DNA from: Pseudoalteromonas tetraodonis
Lineage (GTDB): Bacteria; Pseudomonadota; Gammaproteobacteria; Enterobacterales; Alteromonadaceae
Direction of reading: 5' to 3'
Length of the DNA stretch: 32,000 bases
Assembly: GCF_002310835.1 (NCBI RefSeq)
Contig: NZ_CP011041.1
Span: 2,970,001-3,002,000, forward strand
Part shown: one piece after another, positions 26,278 to 32,000 of the stretch
Layout: each line of letters starts with the position of its first letter
Position numbering within the stretch: the first letter of the stretch is position 1
The notes under the pieces: model-generated
What the model was told of the DNA's origin: nothing
The model's database searches: none
Seen by the model: only the letters and a program-made list of their open reading frames with translations
Made by a program: the position numbers and the translations under genes

Positions 26278-26304
26278 TTAGCACTCTTTTAGTAAGAGTG
26301 CTAA
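26278..26304. promoter_or_regulatory. Perfect 11-bp palindrome in the rpoH leader/promoter region
   Basis: TTAGCACTCTT-TTAGT-AAGAGTGCTAA, located 34 nt upstream of the rpoH ATG. Confidence 0.5.
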
Positions 26305-26399
26305 CTTGAATTTAAAACTTTTTTGAATCATAAATCAAGTGGTTTTTTTAGTGTTAAGTCAGTCTACACTAGGCGACTGAATAACCTATGAATTGGTTT

Positions 26400-26439
26400 A
26401 GCCAAAGCAAAGATTAATCTTTTTGCTTTGGCTTTTTTA
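26400..26439 (+). terminator. Intrinsic-terminator-like hairpin whose T-run is on the plus strand, opposite to both flanking genes
   Basis: Perfect 12-bp stem AGCCAAAGCAAA (26400-26411) with TTTGCTTTGGCT (26422-26433), then TTTTT on the plus strand. On the minus strand the stem is followed by AAACC, with no U-tract. Confidence 0.5.
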
Positions 26440-26486
26440 TAATTTTAAACTTAAAACATGACAGTTTTAAGAATTATATTAGGGCC

Positions 26487-27473
26487 CTAAACCTTATCGG
26501 GTTCTATTTCTGAGATGTAACGGTTAACCGATAAGTAAGAACCAATAAAGCCTAAGCTAGTGGCCAATAATACCAACGCGCCAAATTCATTAAGGCTAAG
26601 CCCTATTAGCGTAAAGCTGGTTTGATATACCCCTGCAACACTGCTTACCGCAGCAGATAGCCACCACATCATTAATGCTACGCAAATAAAAGCAAACAAT
26701 CCGCCAATCACGCCATACCAAATGCCAGTCCATAAAAAGGGGGCATGAATAAAGGTATTAGTTGCCCCTACGAGCTTCATTACTTGTATTTCTTCTTTTT
26801 TATCCATAATGGATAAACGAATTGTATTGCCAATTATCAGTGTCACTGAGGTCAGTAATAGTAGCGCTATGGTGATCACACTTTCCTTTAATAAGCTCAG
26901 CAATGCATTTAGACGTTCAAGCCAAGCAATATCAAGCTTACCAAAGTCGACCTCTCGCTCGCTTTCAAGTTTTTTTAGTAATTGCTTAGCCGCATTAGGT
27001 TGGCTATGTCGCTGGGTTGGTGTAACTAAAACCACATTCGGTAATGGGTTACTATCTAGGTATTCTAAAGCCTGACCAAACCCAGACATTTCTTTGAATT
27101 CATCCAAAGCCTCAGTGCGAGAAATAAAAGTCACACTTTGTATTTCAGGATATAGCGCTAAGCGTTTAACTAAAGTTTGCGTTTCTTGCTCACTCATATC
27201 CTCTTTTACAAACAAGGATATTTCGCTGGCTTGCTCAAAACCACTGCTCACTTGCTGCACATTTTTAACCACTAAGTATAACGTTGCGGGCAACGTTAAA
27301 CTCAAACCCAGTACAGCAATGGTCATCATAGAGGCCAATGGCGTGCGCCACATTTCCCCAAGACTGTACACACCTTGGCGAAAAATATTAATAATGAAAA
27401 AGTAACCGCCAGAGAATACGGATTTTTTTTGTTTATCATTACTATTTTGACGGCTTTTGAACAGTAAACTCAT
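26487..27473 (-). CDS. ftsX: Cell-division ABC transporter permease-like protein FtsX
   Basis: 328-aa ORF with 4 TM segments and a periplasmic domain. It overlaps ftsE by 4 nt. Confidence 0.93.
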   Translation of the reverse strand: MSLLFKSRQNSNDKQKKSVFSGGYFFIINIFRQGVYSLGEMWRTPLASMMTIAVLGLSLTLPATLYLVVKNVQQVSSGFEQASEISLFVKEDMSEQETQTLVKRLALYPEIQSVTFISRTEALDEFKEMSGFGQALEYLDSNPLPNVVLVTPTQRHSQPNAAKQLLKKLESEREVDFGKLDIAWLERLNALLSLLKESVITIALLLLTSVTLIIGNTIRLSIMDKKEEIQVMKLVGATNTFIHAPFLWTGIWYGVIGGLFAFICVALMMWWLSAAVSSVAGVYQTSFTLIGLSLNEFGALVLLATSLGFIGSYLSVNRYISEIEPDKV

Positions 27474-28147
27474 AATACACCCTCAGCCAGTGGATCTTGG
27501 CTCATCCGCCCATCATGAAGCGTTAAGCTACGATACTTCATTCGTGATACTAACCCCAAATCATGGGTGGCAATTAAAACCGTGGTGCCATGCTTATTAA
27601 AATCTTCGAACAGGCGTAATATTTCCATCGATAACTCAGGATCAAGATTACCGGTAGGTTCATCAGCTAATAGTATAGGAGGAGAATTAACAATGGCTCG
27701 TGCAATCCCTACACGTTGCTGCTCACCGCCAGAGAGTGTGGAGGGATGACAGCGTACTTTATCTAACAAGCCCACTTTATCGAGCGCACCATGCACACGC
27801 TTGGCAATTTGCTTGTGGTGAGTCCCTTCAATAATTAAGGGCAAAGCAACGTTATCGAACACCGTGTATCGTTCTAATAGACGATGATTTTGAAAAATAA
27901 TACCAATGTCGCGGCGTGCATACGGAATTTGTCGTGAATTTAACTTATTTAAATCCACGCCATTGATAAACACATTGCCCGCAGAAGGGCGTTCCATCAA
28001 GCTAATAAGCTTTAAAAGTGTACTTTTACCGGCACCACTGTGGCCCGTTAAAAAAGCCAGTTCGCCTGGTTTTATATGAAAACTCACTTTTTCAAGCGCG
28101 CGATGCCCACCGGCATAGGTTTTACTTACTTGCTGAAAATTTATCAT
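27470..28147 (-). CDS. ftsE: Cell-division ABC transporter ATP-binding protein FtsE
   Basis: 225-aa ORF with Walker A GHSGAGKST, the ABC signature LSGGEQQR and Walker B ILLADEPT. Confidence 0.96.
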   Translation of the reverse strand: MINFQQVSKTYAGGHRALEKVSFHIKPGELAFLTGHSGAGKSTLLKLISLMERPSAGNVFINGVDLNKLNSRQIPYARRDIGIIFQNHRLLERYTVFDNVALPLIIEGTHHKQIAKRVHGALDKVGLLDKVRCHPSTLSGGEQQRVGIARAIVNSPPILLADEPTGNLDPELSMEILRLFEDFNKHGTTVLIATHDLGLVSRMKYRSLTLHDGRMSQDPLAEGVL

Positions 28148-28233
28148 TTTTTTATTATGCCAACCTCATTAAACGTCCTAACGCAATTGGTATTCCTTGC
28201 AATTAAAAAGGGAGCAGGCTCCCTTTTGGTAAA

Positions 28234-30018
28234 TTAAACGTCGTCCTCATCTTGGCTAAATAGCGCGTCAATAAAGTCATCGCTCTTGAAGGTGCGTAAA
28301 TCATCAATACTTTCACCTACACCAATGTAACGAATAGGAATATTAAACTTATCAGCAACGGCAAAAATAACCCCGCCTTTAGCAGTGCCATCAAGCTTTG
28401 ATAGTGTGATACCTGTTAAACCTACACATTGGTTAAATAAGTTTACTTGGCTAATAGCATTTTGGCCTGTGCCAGCATCAATTGTCAGCATCACTTCATG
28501 CGGTGCATCTGGGTCTACTTTTTTCATCACACGGGCTATTTTTTCAAGCTCTTGCATTAAGTTATCTTTATTTTGCAAGCGCCCTGCTGTATCGGCAATT
28601 AACACATCAACATTACGCGCTTTAGCGGCTTGAAAGGCATCAAATACCACTGAGGCGCTATCAGCACCAGTGTGCTGAGCTATAACAGGAATACTATTAC
28701 GCTCACCCCAAACTTGAAGCTGCTCTACTGCTGCGGCTCTAAATGTATCACCGGCAGCAAGCATTACCGATTTACCTTGGTTTTGAAATTGTTTCGCCAT
28801 TTTACCAATGGTGGTGGTTTTACCTACGCCGTTTACACCTACCATAAGGATAACGAAAGGTTTTTTGTCTGCTGGTATTTCTAAAGGCTGCTCTGCTGTT
28901 TTCAGCATAGTTGCCATTTCTTGCTTCATTAATTCATAAAGCGCATCACCATCTTTAAGCTGCTTGCGATCAGCGGCGTCGGTCAGGCTATCGATTAGCT
29001 TCATGGTGGTATCAACACCAAGATCGGCAGTGAGTAACTGAGTCTCTAATTCTTCAAATAACTCATCGTCAATTTTTTTACCGCTGAAAATTGAGGCAAA
29101 GCCAGAACCAATATTAACGCGTGTTTTCAGTAAGCCTTTTTTGAGGCGAGAGAAAAAACCTTCTTTTTTAGGTTTTTCCGCTTTTATAGCTTCTTCCTTT
29201 GCAAGCTCTGCGGTCAGTCGCTCTTGCTCTAGGCGTTCAGACTCCTCTTCAGCAGCCAGACGCTCTTGTTCTAAACGCTCGTTCTCAGCTTGCTCTGCTG
29301 CAATACGCTGTTGTTCTAAACGCTCGTTCTCAGCTTGTTCTGCTGCAATGCGCTGTTGTTCTAAACGCTCGTTCTCAGCTTGCTCTGCTGCAATACGCTG
29401 TTGTTCTAAACGCTCGTTCTCAGCTTGCTCTGCTGCAATACGCTGTTGTTCTAAACGCTCGTTCTCAGCTTGTTCTGCTGCAATACGCTGTTGTTCTAAA
29501 CGCTCGTTCTCAGCTTTTTCTGCTGCAATGCGCTCTTGCTCTAACTGCATTTGCGCTTCTTGTTCTGCTAAACGTTTGGCTTGCTCTTGTCTTTGCTGCT
29601 CTGCATCTGCCTGCTGTTTAGCTAATAGCTCTGCGTTAGCCTGTTCAATCGCTTGTTTTTCTTCTGCCGCTGCGCGCTGTGCTTGCGCCTGTTTCTCTTG
29701 CTCTAAACGCTCGGCCTCTGCTTCAACTTGTAAACGCTCTACCGCAGCTTGCTCTGCAGCTAAACGTTCTTGCTCGGCTTTTTCTGCTTGCTCTTGTGCT
29801 AAACGATCTTGTTCAGCTGCAATTCGTGCTTGTTCTATACGCTCGGCTTCTGCTTCAGCTTGTAAGCGCTCTGCCTCAGCTTGCTCTGCAGCTAAACGCT
29901 CTTGTTCGGCTTTTTCTGCCTGCTCTTTTGCGAATGCTTGTTGTTTATCAGCTTCTGCTTGTTTTTTATCTGACTTGCCAAAACCGAGCCACGACATGAA
30001 TTTACTTTTTTTTGCCAT
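28234..30018 (-). CDS. ftsY: Signal recognition particle receptor FtsY with an expanded repetitive acidic A-domain
   Basis: 594-aa ORF. The C-terminal NG domain carries GVNGVGKTTTIGK, DTAGR and TKLDGTAKGG. The N-terminal ~290 aa are built from E/Q/A/R-rich repeats. Confidence 0.96.
   Translation of the reverse strand: MAKKSKFMSWLGFGKSDKKQAEADKQQAFAKEQAEKAEQERLAAEQAEAERLQAEAEAERIEQARIAAEQDRLAQEQAEKAEQERLAAEQAAVERLQVEAEAERLEQEKQAQAQRAAAEEKQAIEQANAELLAKQQADAEQQRQEQAKRLAEQEAQMQLEQERIAAEKAENERLEQQRIAAEQAENERLEQQRIAAEQAENERLEQQRIAAEQAENERLEQQRIAAEQAENERLEQQRIAAEQAENERLEQERLAAEEESERLEQERLTAELAKEEAIKAEKPKKEGFFSRLKKGLLKTRVNIGSGFASIFSGKKIDDELFEELETQLLTADLGVDTTMKLIDSLTDAADRKQLKDGDALYELMKQEMATMLKTAEQPLEIPADKKPFVILMVGVNGVGKTTTIGKMAKQFQNQGKSVMLAAGDTFRAAAVEQLQVWGERNSIPVIAQHTGADSASVVFDAFQAAKARNVDVLIADTAGRLQNKDNLMQELEKIARVMKKVDPDAPHEVMLTIDAGTGQNAISQVNLFNQCVGLTGITLSKLDGTAKGGVIFAVADKFNIPIRYIGVGESIDDLRTFKSDDFIDALFSQDEDDV
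29276..29545 (-). repeat. In-frame 45-bp tandem repeat inside ftsY: five near-identical copies plus one degenerate copy
   Basis: Units lie at 29276-29320, 29321-29365, 29366-29410, 29411-29455 and 29456-29500. They differ only at two synonymous positions, and each encodes ERLEQQRIAAEQAEN. A degenerate copy lies at 29501-29545. Confidence 0.95.
29698..29925 (-). repeat. Older in-frame duplication in the ftsY A-domain: two ~96-bp segments offset by 132 bp
   Basis: 29698-29793 and 29830-29925 encode EQAEKAEQERLAAEQAAVERLQVEAEAERLEQ and EQAEKAEQERLAAEQAEAERLQAEAEAERIEQ. Confidence 0.8.
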
Positions 30019-30222
30019 ACTTGCTAATAACCACTTATAAAAATCTGATAAACTAACGATAATGATAGCGTGCTTTTAAGTCTAAATAATTGCTTTTAGC
30101 AACACGTTATCCTCGAGGGTGCATAATAGTAACACTTTTAGCGCAGTTGAAAAATGACACGCCGTGATATGATTGCAATATTATCTGAGCTAGATCATAG
30201 ATACCAATTTTTAGTGAGTTAA

Positions 30223-30828
30223 ATGAGAAAAAAAACCACACAAAATAACACCACTCATAAATCAGCTGATGGGGTTATTAGAATCATTAGCGGCCAATTT
30301 CGCGGTCGAAAACTGCCAGTAAAAGATGTTCAAGGTCTGCGTCCTACAACCGACCGAATTAAAGAAACGGTGTTTAATTGGTTGATGCACGATACCCGCG
30401 ATGCGCACACTCTCGATTGCTTTGCCGGTTCCGGTGGATTGGGATTTGAAGCATTGTCGCGTTTTGCAAAACACACCACATTCATAGAGCTTGATTCACA
30501 AGCAGCAAAACAATTAGAGCAAAACATTGCGACGCTTGATGCACAAAACGCGCAAGTCGTTAATACCAATACACTGACGTTTTTAGAGAGAAAAAACACC
30601 AGTGACACATTTAATTTGGTTTTTATTGACCCGCCATTTCGCAAAAATTTAGCTCAATCATGCTGTGATTTATTGGAAAATAATCAATGGCTCGACCCCG
30701 AAGCATTGATATATGTTGAAGTAGAAACTGAGCTAACCTCGTTTAAAGCACCAAATAACTGGTTGTTAATTAAAGAGAAAAAGGCAGGTCAGGTTTTTTG
30801 TAGGCTGTACCAACGCCATATAAATTAA
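30223..30828 (+). CDS. rsmD: 16S rRNA (guanine966-N2)-methyltransferase RsmD
   Basis: 201-aa ORF with the SAM motif DCFAGSGGLGFEALSR and the catalytic DPPF (IDPPFR). It is divergent from ftsY, as in E. coli. Confidence 0.9.
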   Translation: MRKKTTQNNTTHKSADGVIRIISGQFRGRKLPVKDVQGLRPTTDRIKETVFNWLMHDTRDAHTLDCFAGSGGLGFEALSRFAKHTTFIELDSQAAKQLEQNIATLDAQNAQVVNTNTLTFLERKNTSDTFNLVFIDPPFRKNLAQSCCDLLENNQWLDPEALIYVEVETELTSFKAPNNWLLIKEKKAGQVFCRLYQRHIN

Positions 30829-30866
30829 CACTGTTTTAGCTGCTGTGTTTCTGTTAATATTATCCT

Positions 30867-30896
30867 TTACATGTGGTGTTGCTTCGGATTACAATA
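30867..30896 (+). promoter_or_regulatory. Candidate sigma-70 promoter for rpsU
   Basis: TTTACA, an 18-nt spacer, then TACAAT, ~80 bp upstream of the rpsU ATG. This is a pattern match only. Confidence 0.35.
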
Positions 30897-30973
30897 CCGC
30901 ACCATTTTTGAACCACTTGATCAATGTTTGATCAACTTGAGCAACGCTCATAATTTAGGTAGGTGAATTTTTA

Positions 30974-31189
30974 ATGCCAGTAATTAAAGTAAGAGAGAAC
31001 GAACCGTTTGACGTAGCACTTCGTCGCTTCAAGCGTTCATGTGAAAAAGCAGGTATCCTTTCAGAAGTTCGTCGTCGCGAGCACTATGAAAAACCAACAG
31101 CTGAGCGTAAGCGTAAAAAAGCAGCTGCTGTTAAACGTCACATGAAAAAACTTTCTCGTGATAACGCTCGTCGCGTTAAATTATACTAA
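30974..31189 (+). CDS. rpsU: 30S ribosomal protein S21
   Basis: 71 aa: [52 protein letters not shown], essentially the canonical S21 sequence. Confidence 0.98.
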
Positions 31190-31208
31190 TATATTAGGTC
31201 TTGTATAA

Positions 31209-31655
31209 ATGAGCCTTTTAATAACGCTAAAAGATGCGCAAAAAGATGCGATGAGAGCCAAAGACAAACAACGTCTTAACCCTATTCGTATGGTACTTGC
31301 TGCAATCAAGCAACGTGAAATTGACGAGCAAATAACACTAGACGACGCAGGTATTACCTCCGTTATAGTGAAGCTTGTTAAACAACGTCGCGACTCTTAC
31401 ACTCAGTACAAAGATGCTGGGCGTGATGATTTAGCTGATATTGAAGCCAATGAAATTACAGCACTTGAAGCTTTTTTACCTCAACAATTGAGTGAAGAAG
31501 AAATTATTGCTCTCATTGACGCGGCTATTGCTGATACTAACGCAGCAGGTATGCAAGACATGGGTAAAGTAATGGGTATAATCAAAAGCAAAGCCGAAGG
31601 TCGTGCCGATATGGGCAAAATCTCAGGTTTAATTAAGCAACGATTAACTGCCTAA
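31209..31655 (+). CDS. yqeY: GatB/YqeY domain-containing protein
   Basis: 148-aa ORF with typical YqeY features (...AMRAKDK.RL...R...A.IKQ.EID...). It lies between rpsU and dnaG, as in many non-enteric gammaproteobacteria. Confidence 0.85.
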   Translation: MSLLITLKDAQKDAMRAKDKQRLNPIRMVLAAIKQREIDEQITLDDAGITSVIVKLVKQRRDSYTQYKDAGRDDLADIEANEITALEAFLPQQLSEEEIIALIDAAIADTNAAGMQDMGKVMGIIKSKAEGRADMGKISGLIKQRLTA

Positions 31656-31686
31656 TACCCCCACATACATTTAGTATGATTGAAGT

Positions 31687-31717
31687 AAACCGAGCCTTGA
31701 GCTCGGTTTCTTCGTTT
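31687..31717 (+). terminator. Intrinsic terminator/attenuator after yqeY, upstream of dnaG
   Basis: 9-bp stem AAACCGAGC/GCTCGGTTT and a 5-nt loop, followed by the T-rich CTTCGTTT. Confidence 0.6.
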
Positions 31718-31821
31718 AGATATTTAGTACTTCAAAAAATTATGCATTTGTGTTCAAATCTTTGCGTATTATAATTCGTTTTCATCACTTTTCTATTTAT
31801 CTTAGGGCTGTACTTTAAACA

Positions 31822-32000
31822 ATGGCTGGAAAGATCCCACGCAACTTTATCGATGATTTATTGGCACGAACCGATATTGTCGACCTGATTGACTCAAAGG
31901 TAGGGTTGAAAAAAGCGGGCAAAGACTATCAAGCTTGCTGTCCTTTTCATAATGAGAAGTCGCCTTCATTTACTGTATCGCAAGATAAACAGTTTTATCA
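31822..32000 (+). CDS. dnaG: DNA primase, N-terminal zinc-binding region (partial; runs off the window)
   Basis: Hand translation gives [59 protein letters not shown], the canonical DnaG N-terminus with the CCPFH zinc-finger motif. Confidence 0.93.
   Translation, partial: MAGKIPRNFIDDLLARTDIVDLIDSKVGLKKAGKDYQACCPFHNEKSPSFTVSQDKQFY

Noticed and set aside
29141-30040. A 299-aa Cys/Ser/Ala-rich ORF on the plus strand, plus the overlapping 140-aa (29199-29621) and 106-aa (29679-29999) ORFs
   Set aside because: They lie entirely antisense to the repetitive GAA/CAA/GCT-rich ftsY A-domain. The periodic CSKRSFSACSAAIRC pattern is just the reverse-complement reading of the 45-bp repeat. There is no RBS, and ftsY is unambiguous on the other strand.
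1-32000. Search for a hidden protein-coding accessory system: defence island, toxin-antitoxin, prophage, integron, secretion effector or biosynthetic cluster
   Set aside because: Every ORF over ~70 aa that is not antisense to a known gene has a confident housekeeping assignment with conserved enteric-like micro-synteny. There are no integrase, transposase or recombinase genes, no tRNA insertion site and no obvious compositional island. The novelty in this window, if any, is in the non-coding repeat elements rather than in a gene system.

Overview
This is a core-chromosome window from a moderately AT-rich marine gammaproteobacterium. Protein sequences and synteny look Alteromonadales/Pseudoalteromonas-like, which is an inference. 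I assign 33 tightly packed housekeeping genes: pdhR (partial) | ampE-ampD | nadC | pilA-pilC-pilD-coaE-pilB-yacG | cpxP | cpxR-cpxA-pldB | fieF | trmL | gpsA-secB-grxC-yibN | gpmI-envC-S41 protease-yibQ | MCP | rpoH | ftsX-ftsE-ftsY | rsmD | rpsU-yqeY-dnaG (partial). I found no rRNA or tRNA genes, CRISPR arrays, transposase or integrase genes, prophage, toxin-antitoxin pairs or recognisable defence genes. I do not see a novel protein-coding system in this window. The unusual content is non-coding. (1) A family of modular intergenic mosaic elements occurs at seven sites: 716-756, 927-1056, 2768-2953, 6219-6385, 10101-10143, 10188-10229 and 10337-10435. They are built from strictly 7-nt-phased heptamer arrays (TTCGGGG, GGTTCGA, CCTAATA, CCCGNTG, CCTCGCN). 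Four of the sites also carry conserved core modules: GTAG-headed REP-like hairpins at 2768-2953, 6219-6385 and 10188-10229, and a GTGCTTGGCTTAAT core at 927-1056 and 2768-2953. Two of the arrays are perfect six-copy tandem repeats, and one of these is a canonical G-quadruplex motif. (2) A 268-bp MITE-like element with perfect 18-bp terminal inverted repeats splits ampD from ampE. (3) An 87-nt multi-stem palindromic element lies inside an unusually long cpxP 3' region. (4) The type IV pilus gene order is non-canonical: pilB sits after coaE, in the slot where zapD is usually found. (5) The ftsY A-domain contains five perfect 45-bp (15-aa) tandem repeats. (6) A plus-strand intrinsic-terminator-like hairpin sits between two minus-strand genes, ftsX and rpoH, and a perfect 11-bp palindrome lies in the rpoH leader. 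All coordinates were derived by hand from the printed sequence, and no database search was possible.
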